64,000 nucleotides of DNA from Candidatus Poribacteria bacterium (GCA_965198175.1 OZ240245.1:4416001-4480000); one strand, 5' to 3'; numbered from the stretch's first letter, positions 20,752 through 32,110 are shown. Translations and numbers: made by a program. The notes: generated from the sequence alone by a model not told the origin.

Positions 20752-21927
20752 TCACCTCTCTTTTGCTGCGACCACCGCTTTTTGGGCGGCTTCCGTCAGC
20801 CCGTCGGCAGTTATTAGATTCAAACCGGAGTTCACAAGCAGTTGTTTCGCCAGCTCGACGTTTGTGCCCTCTAATCGCACAATCAACGGCACCTTCAGAT
20901 TGACCTGCTTGATCGCTTCAATAATTCCGTTGGCAATCATGTCACATTTCACGATACCGCCGAAGATATTGACTAGCACTGCTTTTACCTTTTCATCAGC
21001 GAGAATCAAGCGAAAGGCGTGTTCGACACCTTCTGTTGTGACACCTCCGCCCACATCAAGGAAATTCGCGGGTTCGCCTCCGTGCAGCTTAATCAGATCC
21101 ATCGTCGCCATTGCGAGCCCTGCCCCGTTGACCATACAGCCTATATTTCCATCAAGGCTGATGTAACTCAATCCCGACTGTTTGGCTTCCAACTCCCGTG
21201 AATCCTCTTCGAATGGATCACGCATTGCTTCAATATCTTCATGCCGCCACAGCGCGTTGTCATCGAAATTCAGCTTGACATCAAGTGCGAGCAGGTCCAG
21301 TCCTTTATCAGTCTTTGTGATAGCTAGCGGGTTAATCTCCGCAAGCAAACAATCGCAGTCGACGAAGGTATTGTACAAACCGATTATCAGCTCAGTTGCC
21401 TTGGAGATGAGATTTTGTGGAATATTCAAACCGTAAGCCAGTTTTCGTGCTTGGAAGGATTGTAAGCCGACTGATGGATCGATTATCTCATTGATAATTT
21501 TTTCAGGGCAAGTTGCGGCAACCGCTTCAATGTCAACTCCACCTTCTTCGCTGCCCATCAATACAAGTCGCGAACTAGCTCGATCAAGGACAATGCTAAG
21601 GTAAAGCTCCCGTTCAATCTCGCTTGCCTCGGCAACCAGGCATTTTCGAACCCGCTTTCCTCCGGACCCCGTCTGATGCGTGACCAGTTGCATACCAAGC
21701 ATCGCTTCGGCATGTTCTCGCACCGCTTCAGGACTCTTGGCGATCTTGACACCACCCCCTTTCCCGCGTCCGCCGGCGTGGATTTGGGCTTTCACAACAT
21801 ACAGCGGACAGTCCATCTGTCGAGCTATCTCCTCCGCCTGGTCGGGCGTTGACGCTACTTCTCCACGCGGGACATTGACGCCGTGGGCTTTGAGTATTTC
21901 TTTCGCTTGAAACTCGTGTACGTTCAA
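20752..21927 (-). CDS. sucC: Succinyl-CoA synthetase beta subunit
   Basis: [48 protein letters not shown]. Confidence 0.97.
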   Translation of the reverse strand: MNVHEFQAKEILKAHGVNVPRGEVASTPDQAEEIARQMDCPLYVVKAQIHAGGRGKGGGVKIAKSPEAVREHAEAMLGMQLVTHQTGSGGKRVRKCLVAEASEIERELYLSIVLDRASSRLVLMGSEEGGVDIEAVAATCPEKIINEIIDPSVGLQSFQARKLAYGLNIPQNLISKATELIIGLYNTFVDCDCLLAEINPLAITKTDKGLDLLALDVKLNFDDNALWRHEDIEAMRDPFEEDSRELEAKQSGLSYISLDGNIGCMVNGAGLAMATMDLIKLHGGEPANFLDVGGGVTTEGVEHAFRLILADEKVKAVLVNIFGGIVKCDMIANGIIEAIKQVNLKVPLIVRLEGTNVELAKQLLVNSGLNLITADGLTEAAQKAVVAAKER

Positions 21928-22065
21928 TCCGTTCCTCCAGACAAATTAGAGTTAAATGGTGAAAACACTAAACAGCAACCGTGCAATCATCGCGCAGGTT
22001 CATTGATGCCAAGTTCTTGCACGGAAGCGCATCCAATCGGGGATTTGGCTCATTGGCGGTTTGCG

Positions 22066-23073
22066 TTAATCAAATTCGCTTAATCGAACAACTCGATGTT
22101 CATCATAGGATTTTCGCGCCGCTAAAGCCATCACAATTGACGCGCGCCCGTCAACGCCTCCCACAAGTGGCTGCGTATCCTTCTCAATGGCAGCGACGAA
22201 TTCTTTCATTTCAGCTAAATAAGACACTTGGTATCGTTCTAGGAAAAAGTACAACGGCAGTGCACTGTGAATCCCCGTTGTGTCAGCATAAATATGGGTA
22301 TCGGGTGTGTTGTTTTCAATGTGTATCATGCCCGCGTCACCTAACACCTCTAGTCGTTGATCATACCCGTATACTGCCTGGTAGCTGTTATCAATCGTTC
22401 CAATTGCTCCATTGGAAAAACGCATCGTGAGAATAACCGTATCAAGATCGCCCGAATCCGCAAAGCGCGAGTGAACCAGCACGCCGCCAGTTGCATAGAT
22501 TTCGACGACCTCACTGCTCATGATGTACCGCGCCATATCAAAATCGTGAATTGATGTTTCCAAAAAAATTCCTCCCCACGAGCGCACATAATCGGGCGAT
22601 GGCGGTTCTGGATCGCGACTCGTGATGCGTAAAACATGGGGAGTTCCGACTTTGCCCGCATTTACCATTTCCCATACACGATGGAAGTTGGCGTCAAACC
22701 GTCGATTAAAGCCAATCTGTAACTTCACCCCCGTTTTTTCAACCGCTGCCAAAGCTAGGTCGATTTCTTTAAGGTCAAAGCCAATCGGTTTTTCGCAGAA
22801 AATATGTTTCTCCGCTGCTGCCGATTCTCGAATAATCCGTGGATGAGTTGGGGAGGGTGAACAAATTACTACCGCGTGAATCGTTGGATCATTTAGGATT
22901 TCGCCATAATCCGCTAATGCACTCGGAATCTGGAACCGGTCTGCTGCCTTTTCTGCCGCTTGTAAATGAGGGTCCGCCACAGCAACCACATCGGCTTTCG
23001 AAACATGATGAGTAAGATTTTCAATATGGATTCTGCTAATACGTCCGGCGCCGATGACCCCAATTCTTAACAT
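22066..23073 (-). CDS. iolG: Inositol 2-dehydrogenase
   Basis: GAGRI, CEKP, GFNRRFD, ITSRDP, IHDFD, YGYDQRLE, FFLERY. Confidence 0.88.
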   Translation of the reverse strand: MLRIGVIGAGRISRIHIENLTHHVSKADVVAVADPHLQAAEKAADRFQIPSALADYGEILNDPTIHAVVICSPSPTHPRIIRESAAAEKHIFCEKPIGFDLKEIDLALAAVEKTGVKLQIGFNRRFDANFHRVWEMVNAGKVGTPHVLRITSRDPEPPSPDYVRSWGGIFLETSIHDFDMARYIMSSEVVEIYATGGVLVHSRFADSGDLDTVILTMRFSNGAIGTIDNSYQAVYGYDQRLEVLGDAGMIHIENNTPDTHIYADTTGIHSALPLYFFLERYQVSYLAEMKEFVAAIEKDTQPLVGGVDGRASIVMALAARKSYDEHRVVRLSEFD

Positions 23074-23361
23074 GTAAAATCCTCACTCCTTGCGCGCTAT
23101 CTTCTGCGATTCAAAAGTATAAATCTCTCATTCAATAACCCTAGGATTTGATTATTTTCCAACCACAGACCTCTGGTAGGTCTACGCAGTTTAACAGCCA
23201 AAGCGGACAGAAGTTTTTCGAAAATAAGTCTGAATTAAGCGGGTTCTTTCGACATGAAAGTTCAGAATCCGAGAGTGGCACATGTAGCCAATGTTTATCA
23301 AGGCGGGTTTTATTCGGTGAGCCGCGTTTTGGTGTCAGTACGTCATTATGTAGCAACGCAA

Positions 23362-24327
23362 TCAGAGATTAATCTGTTTCCCTTTTGCAAATGAATCACC
23401 AGCCGTCATCGTAAGGCGGAAGGTTTGAAGCGCATCGCTATAAGGTGAGCGGATTTTGGAAGCATCTCCACTTTTAACGGCATCGATAAAGACACGATCT
23501 TCATGCAAGTACCCATTCAAATTTTCATCCGAAGTTTCTATTTCACCAGCGCGGTTGATACTGACCGAACTCCCACTTACTTCGACAGATAAATCACGGC
23601 AAAAAACCTCAAGCTTCACCCGTCCCCACCCCCGCAACATACACGCCGAAGTAATGTTTGCAACCGCACCGTTTGCAAATCGAATATTAACCACGCTTAA
23701 GTCATCAATGTCGTAGTTGGGGATATCGGTCATGCGCCCCTGTGTGGCGAATCCGTGTATGGCAATTGCTTCACTTCCGACGAGGTATCGGCAGAGATCA
23801 AAAATGTGCGTTGTCTGTTCAACGTGTTGGCCACCAGACTGCGCACGAACGCGCCACCATCCAACCTCCGGCATACCGCCCATCCAGTAGCCCAATGCCC
23901 CAACGATTTTCTCGTCTTTAAGGACAACTTGTGCTCGCTCTACATTCCCTTGGTATCGCCAATGATAACCGACACTGGTAATATTACCGCTTCTTTCGAC
24001 GGCTTCGTGTATCTCAGTCGCCTGCTCTAAATTTACGGCAATCGGCTTTTCAACAAAAAAGGGAATCTTTCTTTCACAAGCGATTTGCTCCTGTTCGCCA
24101 TGTACAAAGGGAGGTGTACAGATGTACACGGCGTCAAGTTCCTCTTTGTCGAACATCTCTTTATAGTCGGTATAAGGTTTTGCGCCATATTCCTCCGCTC
24201 TTTGCTTGGATTGCTCCTCTAAAATGTCACACATCGCAACCAGTTCAACATCCTGAAATCCAGCCAGATTTCCCAGATGGCCGCCCGCCATTTGCCCGAC
24301 GCCGATTGCGCCTACTTTAACTTGCAC
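23362..24327 (-). CDS. Gfo/Idh/MocA-family oxidoreductase
   Basis: Rossmann N-terminus, ICTPP, VEKP, SGG..VEQTTHIFD. Confidence 0.9.
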   Translation of the reverse strand: MQVKVGAIGVGQMAGGHLGNLAGFQDVELVAMCDILEEQSKQRAEEYGAKPYTDYKEMFDKEELDAVYICTPPFVHGEQEQIACERKIPFFVEKPIAVNLEQATEIHEAVERSGNITSVGYHWRYQGNVERAQVVLKDEKIVGALGYWMGGMPEVGWWRVRAQSGGQHVEQTTHIFDLCRYLVGSEAIAIHGFATQGRMTDIPNYDIDDLSVVNIRFANGAVANITSACMLRGWGRVKLEVFCRDLSVEVSGSSVSINRAGEIETSDENLNGYLHEDRVFIDAVKSGDASKIRSPYSDALQTFRLTMTAGDSFAKGKQINL

Positions 24328-24331
24328 CGTT

Positions 24332-25129
24332 TTATTTCCTCCGCTGTAGCCACTGCTTCATGTACTGTGCCGATTTCGGCAACTCCACTTCACCTGGCCC
24401 AGGCACGCTGCATTCAAGCACCATGTCGTGTTGATACCCAATCTTTCGTAACGCCTTAAAACCTGATTTGAAATCGGTATGACCGTACCCTGGTGGTTCA
24501 CGAGTACTATCTGCCAAATGAACATGTTTGATGTAATCGCTGCTGACTTTGATACTGTCTGCAATATTCCGTTCCTCAATGCTCATGTGGAAGAAGTCTG
24601 CCATAATCGCAACATTCGGACTGTTGACTTGCTTGCAAATTTCAACGCCATCGGAGAGGGTTCGCATAAAATGAGTTTCATAGCGATTCAGCGGTTCAAG
24701 GAGGATTACGGATCCAACCTCTTGGGCATACCCCCCAAGATCCTTTAGGAGTTGGACAAGCAGCTCAGTTTCAAGCTGTCGCGCGGTTTTGTAAGGGCTC
24801 AAATCCTTTATTCGCGGTTCGCCAAAAGCGGGGACTACAACCAAACCAATTGCGCCGATGTTTGCAGCCGCTTTGAGTAAAGTACGAATTCCTGCAATCG
24901 TTCGTTCTCGCTCATGCGAATCGCTGTCCAATAACATGCCTGGGTACCCTGCGCAGACTGCGCTCGGTTTGACCGGATGATTTTCGGTTGCCTTTATGAT
25001 TTCATCCTGACGCTTCTCTAAGTCGCCGCCTCCAAACTCAATCACTTGATAACCATATGCTGCAAGATTGTCGAGTTTTTCGGCAAGGTCCTTTCCCGGT
25101 ACCAGTCCTTCCTGACTTCCTAATTTCAC
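24332..25129 (-). CDS. Sugar phosphate isomerase/epimerase (xylose-isomerase-like TIM barrel)
   Basis: LEPLNRYE, DFFHM, HVHLADS.R..PG.G; GTG start overlaps the rsmD TGA. Confidence 0.88.
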   Translation of the reverse strand: MKLGSQEGLVPGKDLAEKLDNLAAYGYQVIEFGGGDLEKRQDEIIKATENHPVKPSAVCAGYPGMLLDSDSHERERTIAGIRTLLKAAANIGAIGLVVVPAFGEPRIKDLSPYKTARQLETELLVQLLKDLGGYAQEVGSVILLEPLNRYETHFMRTLSDGVEICKQVNSPNVAIMADFFHMSIEERNIADSIKVSSDYIKHVHLADSTREPPGYGHTDFKSGFKALRKIGYQHDMVLECSVPGPGEVELPKSAQYMKQWLQRRK

Positions 25130-25701
25130 TCGTTCGCCCTCCATTCGTAAAATGATAGAACAGTATCACCGTACGCTTCCTGTCTGTTCGACGCCAATCC
25201 TGTGGTCAACACTGTCGGGAGATTTAGCTCTTTACCTCTTCGATGTTCCACGACGAGTCTGCCGGATTGTGAAAGCAGTCGATTCTCAGCAACAAGTTCC
25301 AAGCAAGTGTTGTGGATATTGGCATCATAAGGTGGGTCAAAGTAAATCAGATTAAATTGTGCCTGATGTCTAGCGAGGTAGATTAGCCCTGTCTGAGCAG
25401 TCAGGTTGATGAGTTGTACCTGAGGGTGGCCACGGTGGATGCCGCACTGTTCAAGGTTGGAGGCTATTACCCGCATACAATGGTAATCGTGGTCAACGAA
25501 CGTTACGGATTTTGCTCCCCGGCTCAACGCTTCAATGCCGATGTTTCCAGTTCCTGCACACAGGTCTAGAAAATTTGCGTCGTTGATGTCGCCCCGAAGA
25601 ATACTAAATAGCGCGCCCTTAACACGGTCCGAAGTCGGTCGTACCTTTGACCCTTTTACCATTAAACGCCTTCCCTTGAATTCTCCGGCGATGATTCTCA
25701 T
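25126..25701 (-). CDS. rsmD: 16S rRNA m2G966 methyltransferase
   Basis: MRIIAG, RPTSDRVK, LDLCAGTG.IGIEALSRGA, DPPY, YGDT. Confidence 0.95.
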   Translation of the reverse strand: MRIIAGEFKGRRLMVKGSKVRPTSDRVKGALFSILRGDINDANFLDLCAGTGNIGIEALSRGAKSVTFVDHDYHCMRVIASNLEQCGIHRGHPQVQLINLTAQTGLIYLARHQAQFNLIYFDPPYDANIHNTCLELVAENRLLSQSGRLVVEHRRGKELNLPTVLTTGLASNRQEAYGDTVLSFYEWRANE

Positions 25702-25754
25702 TTTGAGGACCTTGATGGCGATTCTATATTTTCAACGCGGACAAATTTAGGCAG

Positions 25755-25783
25755 ATTATACTATAGCTAACTTTACACGTCAA
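25755..25783 (-). promoter_or_regulatory. sigma70 promoter of the rsmD operon
   Basis: TTGACG-17 nt-TATAAT on the minus strand, 53 nt upstream of the rsmD start. Confidence 0.7.
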
Positions 25784-25887
25784 CCCAAAATACTTGAGGT
25801 TTAACACACCCCATCCGGCATTGGAGTTTTTCGTCGACGTGGTGTTAAATGGTGATTTGTAATAATTCGCTGCTGATTACCTGAGAT

Positions 25888-26892
25888 TCAACCCCACGGT
25901 AGCGGAACACCCAAGCGCTGGCTCACTGTGCGCGCCGCCTTCTGTTCCACTTCGCCGTAGCGGATACCTTCACGCCGATGTATTTGAAGCCGCTCTTCCT
26001 CAATAGCACCGGGGAGTAGCGCACGATCTGTGCCGGGCATCGGTTCATAAGTTTCCCGCACATCACGCACGTACCTATCCACTTCCGCACGGAAAATCGC
26101 CTCGGGAACCACGGTTCCCACATGGATTGCGAGCACCATTCCTCCTAGTTGGGCATCCTGCCATTGTTTCCCAATGGTATCAGTAGTAGGAATCGTGAAG
26201 CCTGTCAAGCCGCCGCCGAGCAGGCTTGCGACAGCAACGTTGCCAATGCTCTTGAAAAATGCTGCGGGGATTTTAGAGAGGAGTTCATCAAACTCCGGAC
26301 CACGCTGGTAATCTGCTAGGATACACGTAGCTGCGTCAAGCACTAGAGATGGTTCGTCCGCTGAAGGTATGGCAAAGCAGATTGGCGGGTTGCCAATATA
26401 GCCAAGCTGGGGTTTTATTTCCTGTCCACTGGCGTTCCCGTGATCTTGATACCCCTGCACCGAGAAGCCAATACAGCCCTCCTCCATACACATGCGTGCG
26501 TAATGACCCGCCGACCCGTAGTGACCTATGTAGCGGACGAGCCCCATTCCGATGCCTACTTCCTTCGCCCTGACAATTGCCTCCTCGGTTGCGCGAATCA
26601 TCGGAAGATAACCCAGTGTTCCATCGCCATCTAAGACCACAGCGGTTGGGGTCTCGTGGAGAAGGCGAACGTCGGGCTTAGGGTTAAAATGCCCATTCTC
26701 GAAACTGCTGCAATAACCATTGACCAACTGCGTACCATGACTGCGAACGCCGCGGAGATCCGAATTAACGAGCAAGCGGCTAATCAGCGCCGCATGATTT
26801 TTATTCAGTCCTACCTTCTCAAAGCAGGCAGTGGCAAAACCAAGGAGACTGTTTTCTTGAACTCGAATGAAAGATTCTGGTGGCTGGTTCAT
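25888..26892 (-). CDS. Ldh_2-family (malate/L-lactate/ureidoglycolate-type) oxidoreductase
   Basis: DLRGVRSHG, HYGSAGHY, GNPPI, LLPG; GAGGAGG RBS. Confidence 0.85.
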   Translation of the reverse strand: MNQPPESFIRVQENSLLGFATACFEKVGLNKNHAALISRLLVNSDLRGVRSHGTQLVNGYCSSFENGHFNPKPDVRLLHETPTAVVLDGDGTLGYLPMIRATEEAIVRAKEVGIGMGLVRYIGHYGSAGHYARMCMEEGCIGFSVQGYQDHGNASGQEIKPQLGYIGNPPICFAIPSADEPSLVLDAATCILADYQRGPEFDELLSKIPAAFFKSIGNVAVASLLGGGLTGFTIPTTDTIGKQWQDAQLGGMVLAIHVGTVVPEAIFRAEVDRYVRDVRETYEPMPGTDRALLPGAIEEERLQIHRREGIRYGEVEQKAARTVSQRLGVPLPWG

Positions 26893-26955
26893 TGTGACCT
26901 CCTCATGAAGAAAGAGGTGCAATAAAACTTCGGGACCTTTGCATGGGTTGACACA

Positions 26956-29127
26956 TTATACAAGTTGTATCACAGCGACTTGGTGAAGAGCGACCTTGGG
27001 GACGGTGAAAGAGACGCGATTTGCCTTTTGCTCAAAGGGAAGTGCTACGCCATCTGGCTCAGCGGTGATTGCCGAAACCTTTTCATCCTCGCTTAACTTT
27101 AGTTCAATGCGGAGGTGTTCTACCGGCAATATAGGTGTTCCTTGCTGTGCGTTGACCAAGTGAACTAACAGACGCTTTGCTTCCGGTTGACGATAGCTTG
27201 TCACTAATAGCCATGACGGAGCATTCGTGACCAAAAATGGAAATTTATCGGCTATCATCGTATGGGCAAGGGTGTACAACAACGCTCGCGGCTCTTCAAC
27301 ACTGAACAGAGGATCCAATGTATGGACTTGGAATGAAACGTAGCAACATTGTCCCTCGCCATACCGATTCATCATAATAGCGGGGAAATCGGTCGAAACC
27401 CCCGGCGGACTGCCCCAACACCCCACCCACCGCTTCATATCATTTGCGCGGTTGGTATGTGGCAGTACGATGTGTCCTAGGACATCGGCTCCCGCGTTGG
27501 CTCTTACGATTGTTTGGTGGTCCACCTTCACCTCCATGTCATCGGGAATATTTGCCTGATGACACAGCTCAGGCGGAACTTTGACATAGGTCTCATTGTT
27601 CTCGGTTTCGCCTAGGTAATCTGCACCAAACACATCCGCCAAAGCGAAATTGTGTCTTCGATTACCGTCCGCATCCGCCAGCGAGGTCAACCGGCTTGCC
27701 AACAGATTTCCGCCATTTTTCACATACTGACGAACCTGTTCTACCTCTTCATCGCTCATACATATGGTCTCCGACAGAACGAGCATCGAATACTTGTCGA
27801 GGTCGTCAAGGTTTAGCTTCGTAATCGCATCAATGGCAACCTGATGATCCAAAAAGGCTCGAAAACTCTCATACAGGCCATCAGTATATATCTCAACAGC
27901 ATCAATAGTTCGGGTTTTGTCCCAGTCAATAATTGTATGTTTTGCGCCGGATTCGTAGAGGTCGTTTTTAGTGTCTTCAGAGATATAGACGGCGACCGAA
28001 CGCAGCTTTTGTCCGCCATAGAACTGCTCCATCGGACGCATGATGTCAAAGACCGGCTTAAACACACGGTAGGGGGAGGCGTATAGGGTTCCATCGGCAT
28101 TCATGACATCGATGAACATAATCGCACAATTGTGCGCCATACAAAATGCTGCCGACAACATCAGCTCATCTGATGACCGCATTCCGGTGTGCTGTCCCTC
28201 AAAGAGATGAAACCGACCTAAAGCCAGAAGCGCAGGTTGTTGACGCGTGGTGTTACTGAACAGGCTCGAAGCAAATGTGACAGACAGGTTTGACATATCA
28301 CTTTGACACGGGTCCCCATGCGTGATAGTCGCTAGTGGCATCCTGTACCAGAGGGAGGGTCGATCTGCATAGGGCCTGCCACCCTGAAATGCAGTAAGTC
28401 CATCAGGACAGTGCGATTTATAGGTATTGAGCAAATCCCGGGAAAATTCATAGAGCTTGTTATCCCGCCAGCGGGCATAGCGGCGAAATTCAGGAGATGA
28501 GCGATTAGCTGTCGCGGGTAACTCACAGCCACATTCCTCACGGTAGAGTTCTTGGCAGTATTGACAGTAGCATACCGGGATCCAAATGACCACCATATCA
28601 AACAGCATGCCATCGGGACGGTACGTTTTCGCAAAAGCGTCCACCTGAGCAAGTGCGAGATCTCTGTAGGGACTATTCATGCAGACAACCCCTGGACGAC
28701 CATACCCAATTTTGAGATCTTTTGAGTCATTTCCGTCGACGTCCCGAATGCGCCAGTCCGGATGCTGTTCGTAGAGATAGTTATCAAAGAGAATGCTCTG
28801 ATTGCCGACGACCTTAATTCCCCGTTGACGGAGCAATTCCATCAATTCCTCGAAGGCATCCCGACCCCGGAGGCCGATATGGGTGTGGTCGATGTCTGTT
28901 TGGTAGTAGGCATTTCCAGAGTGGGATTTTGCCTGAATCCACACCGCATCGGGGCCGGCAGAAGCGATTAAATCCACCCATTCTTTCGGATCAAAATCTT
29001 TGTACACGTCAGGGTGCCAATCATCAAGGATAGAACTCATGCCAATCACTTTATATGCGGTGGCATACCACGGTTTTTTATCCGTATGCGTTGCTTCTTT
29101 TTCGGCAACTGTGACTTCGTTAGCCAT
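26956..29127 (-). CDS. Putative glycoside hydrolase (fucosidase/GHL6-like TIM barrel plus beta-galactosidase trimerisation-like domain)
   Basis: AKSHSG.AYY, HPDW, CMNSPY, DG..FD, CYCQYC, YVKNGGNLLA. Confidence 0.7.
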   Translation of the reverse strand: MANEVTVAEKEATHTDKKPWYATAYKVIGMSSILDDWHPDVYKDFDPKEWVDLIASAGPDAVWIQAKSHSGNAYYQTDIDHTHIGLRGRDAFEELMELLRQRGIKVVGNQSILFDNYLYEQHPDWRIRDVDGNDSKDLKIGYGRPGVVCMNSPYRDLALAQVDAFAKTYRPDGMLFDMVVIWIPVCYCQYCQELYREECGCELPATANRSSPEFRRYARWRDNKLYEFSRDLLNTYKSHCPDGLTAFQGGRPYADRPSLWYRMPLATITHGDPCQSDMSNLSVTFASSLFSNTTRQQPALLALGRFHLFEGQHTGMRSSDELMLSAAFCMAHNCAIMFIDVMNADGTLYASPYRVFKPVFDIMRPMEQFYGGQKLRSVAVYISEDTKNDLYESGAKHTIIDWDKTRTIDAVEIYTDGLYESFRAFLDHQVAIDAITKLNLDDLDKYSMLVLSETICMSDEEVEQVRQYVKNGGNLLASRLTSLADADGNRRHNFALADVFGADYLGETENNETYVKVPPELCHQANIPDDMEVKVDHQTIVRANAGADVLGHIVLPHTNRANDMKRWVGCWGSPPGVSTDFPAIMMNRYGEGQCCYVSFQVHTLDPLFSVEEPRALLYTLAHTMIADKFPFLVTNAPSWLLVTSYRQPEAKRLLVHLVNAQQGTPILPVEHLRIELKLSEDEKVSAITAEPDGVALPFEQKANRVSFTVPKVALHQVAVIQLV

Positions 29128-29207
29128 GCGTGTTAATCTCCTCATAAGGAATTCAGCCGAGAAGTTCGGCGGAGTTCCGTTCTCTGTCTTAAGCGATTAC
29201 CGTCTGA

Positions 29208-30353
29208 CTAGGGACCTTCCTCATCAAACTGCCGCAAGCGTCGCTTGGGAGATTCCCGGTACGGATATTGGGCTAGCGCTGCTTCGTCCAATTCTAACCC
29301 TAAGCCTGGCTCTGTTGGAAGTTGGACATAACCATCCTTAACTTCAATGGGATTGACCGAAATCTCATCACCGCACGTAGCGAAGTTGACGAAGTATTCG
29401 GTGATTAGGAAATTGGGAATCACCGCACACGCCTGTACCGTTGCTGCGAGTCCTACCGTTGTGCTGTTGTAGTTGTGCGGCGCCATAATGACGAAATATG
29501 GTTCAGCCATCGCCGCGATTTCTTTGAGTTCCAAGATGCCCCCGCAGTTGCAAACATCGGGATTGAGGATGTCGGCTGCATTCTTCTCGAAGACCTCGCG
29601 GAACTCCCCTTTCGTATAGAGTTCTTCGCCGGTGACGATGGGCAAGTTAATGGCGTGGCGAACGTCGACAAGTGCATCAAGATTACGCGCGGAGACCGGC
29701 TCCTCATACCAGAACGGGTTAAATTCCTCCAGTTGATGGGCGATGCGGATGGCGTGCATTGGAGCGAGGCGACGGTGGACTTCGATGAGCAGCTCTACAT
29801 CAGGTCCCACCGCTTCGCGCACAACGCGCACGCATTCGACAGCCGCGACTTCGTCTTCACGGCTGGGATGTGTCCGCCAAGGACCTGGAAATGGGTCGAA
29901 CTTCATCGCAGTGAACCCTTGTTCTGCCAATCGTGCAGCACGTTCAGCGTACTCCTCAATCGTTCGCCCGCCCCAGCCGTTGGCGTAAACACGGATCTTA
30001 TCCCGGCATGCCCCTCCCAACAGGTTGTAGACGGGCGTGTTCAATGCTTTACCCACGATGTCCCAGAGAGCTTGCTCAATCCCGCTAATTGCGCAATAGA
30101 GATCCATGGCGCCCCGCTTATTCGCAAAGTCGTGATATGCCATGAAAGTGAAATGCTTGATGTTGAACGGACTTCGTCCGATGAGGTAACGCGCAAGCTC
30201 TTGAACGTAGATTTCGATTGTTCGATCCCGGTCAGCTTGAGTATAACACTCGCCCCATCCATGAATCCCCCCGTCGGTCTCCACCTTGACAAATAGCCAG
30301 TTTTTTTCCTCACTAGGGTGAACGAGAAACGTCCGAACGTTCGTTACCTTCAT
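29208..30353 (-). CDS. dgoD: Galactonate dehydratase-like mandelate racemase/enolase
   Basis: GIEQALWDIVGK, RVYANGW, KFDP, EVH, EEP, TGEE, APHN, PGLG. Confidence 0.8.
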   Translation of the reverse strand: MKVTNVRTFLVHPSEEKNWLFVKVETDGGIHGWGECYTQADRDRTIEIYVQELARYLIGRSPFNIKHFTFMAYHDFANKRGAMDLYCAISGIEQALWDIVGKALNTPVYNLLGGACRDKIRVYANGWGGRTIEEYAERAARLAEQGFTAMKFDPFPGPWRTHPSREDEVAAVECVRVVREAVGPDVELLIEVHRRLAPMHAIRIAHQLEEFNPFWYEEPVSARNLDALVDVRHAINLPIVTGEELYTKGEFREVFEKNAADILNPDVCNCGGILELKEIAAMAEPYFVIMAPHNYNSTTVGLAATVQACAVIPNFLITEYFVNFATCGDEISVNPIEVKDGYVQLPTEPGLGLELDEAALAQYPYRESPKRRLRQFDEEGP

Positions 30354-30624
30354 CTCGCGCCTCTTTCCATTTCGATCATAGGCGTTATTTTAGCAGATTT
30401 ACGAAAGTGTAGCAAGTGAAACCGCGGATTTTTTCCCAACGGTTTTCGCTTGATTTCGGATGGTGTTCATGATAAGATGAAATGAATTTAGTAAGCCAAT
30501 TTTCAACAACAAAATTAGCGATACCAATCAATTCTCAGGTGGAAGCAAAACATGAAACACAACCCTCTCCCACAGTATTACAGCCGTATGCGGAAATCGA
30601 AAAAGCTGTGAACGCTTTACCAAG

Positions 30625-31191
30625 ATGAGTGGCAATATGCAGAGCGAGATGTATGCGCTGACGTTATGGCAACCTTGGGCGACGCTAATCGCTGAAGGAA
30701 TCAAAGTGTTTGAAACTCGTAGTTGGAAGCCGCCGAAGAATCTTATCGGGCAGCGAATCGCCATCCACGCTGCGAAAAAGAAGCCGACACGAGAGGAGAT
30801 AGATAATTATCCGCCAGCGATTCGTCGTGAAATGGAAAAACTCCACTGCTTCACGAATTGGTGGGAGACAATCCCCTACGGCGCAATTATCGCAACCACG
30901 AGGATTACCAGTTTCTTTTATGTTCAAGAGGTGGTTGATGCGTCTGTCAGGGTGAAAGGTTTGCGAACCGACGAAACCCATGAATGCACACACGATTATT
31001 TGGACATCGACATGTTTGGCGACTATTCACCGGGACGCTATGCGTGGCAGTTATCGGGTGTGAGCAAAGAGGTAGAACCCATCCCTGCAAAGGGGGTGCG
31101 CGGGCTGTGGATTTGGAAAAGAGAGGGCGATGATGAAAACAGAGAGACTGATGCCGCTGATGAAGGGGAAGAAATTTTTGTAAGAAATTGA
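30625..31191 (+). CDS. ASCH-domain protein
   Basis: ALTLWQPWATLI..GIKVFETRSW, RIAIHA, GAII, GRYAW, KG..GLW. Confidence 0.85.
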   Translation: MSGNMQSEMYALTLWQPWATLIAEGIKVFETRSWKPPKNLIGQRIAIHAAKKKPTREEIDNYPPAIRREMEKLHCFTNWWETIPYGAIIATTRITSFFYVQEVVDASVRVKGLRTDETHECTHDYLDIDMFGDYSPGRYAWQLSGVSKEVEPIPAKGVRGLWIWKREGDDENRETDAADEGEEIFVRN

Positions 31192-31267
31192 TTTGCCAAA
31201 ATTGTTGAGTATCTATTCTTCTGCTTGATTCGAATTCTTAGTCGCAGGGTTAAGGAGCAAAACCGCA

Positions 31268-32005
31268 ATGAAAATCATAGGGGTTATTCCCGCACGCTAC
31301 ACGTCAAGTCGATTTGAAGGCAAGGCGCTGGCGGATATTTTTGGTAAGCCGATGGTACAGCACGTCTATGAGCGGGCGTCACGTGCAAAAACCCTGAATG
31401 AGGTCATCGTCGCAACCGACGATAAGCGCATCTACGATGCGGTCGCCGGCTTCGGCGGGGAGGTCGTCATGACTACACCGGATTGCCCCACTGGGACGGA
31501 ACGGGTTGCGATTGTTGCGGAAATGCTGGATTGCGATGTCGTCGCCAACATTCAGGGCGATGAACCACTACTTGAACCAGCCATGATCGATCAGCTCATC
31601 CAACCCTTCCTAGACAATCCCTCCGTAGAAGTGAGTACGTTGAAACAGCGAGTTGAAAATGAAACGGATTACCGTGATCCCAACGTCGTAAAGCTTGTGA
31701 CTAGCCTTGATGGATTCGCGCTGTATTTTTCGAGAGGGGCTATCCCCGGTAATCTATCGAACAACTGGATACAGACTAACCCAATTTATCGGCATGTGGG
31801 GCTTTATGCCTACCGTCGGGCACAGCTTCTAGCGTTCACAAAATGGGAACGAACGCCTTATGAAATCTCGGAAGGGCTGGAACAGTTACGCTTCCTCGAA
31901 CACAGTGTTCGCATTCGTGTTGTCGAAACGGAGCATCCGGCGATTGGCGTTGATATACCGGCGGATTTAGAGCGTGTGCTTTCAATCTTGAAATCATACC
32001 AGTAA
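31268..32005 (+). CDS. kdsB: 3-deoxy-manno-octulosonate cytidylyltransferase
   Basis: IPARY.SSRF.GK.L, GT.R, NIQGDEP, LYFSR, HVGLYAY, LEQLR. Confidence 0.96.
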   Translation: MKIIGVIPARYTSSRFEGKALADIFGKPMVQHVYERASRAKTLNEVIVATDDKRIYDAVAGFGGEVVMTTPDCPTGTERVAIVAEMLDCDVVANIQGDEPLLEPAMIDQLIQPFLDNPSVEVSTLKQRVENETDYRDPNVVKLVTSLDGFALYFSRGAIPGNLSNNWIQTNPIYRHVGLYAYRRAQLLAFTKWERTPYEISEGLEQLRFLEHSVRIRVVETEHPAIGVDIPADLERVLSILKSYQ

Positions 32006-32110
32006 AACAAGTTGCTGGAATTCCTGAATCACGGGGTTGTACTGTTTGACTGTTGGGTTAATAGATGGAAGAATCAAATCAAGCGGACCGAAGAGCTTAA
32101 AGATAAATGA

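Noticed and set aside
23141..23372. Short ORFs between the MocA gene and iolG
   Set aside because: No RBS or family motif; likely spurious.
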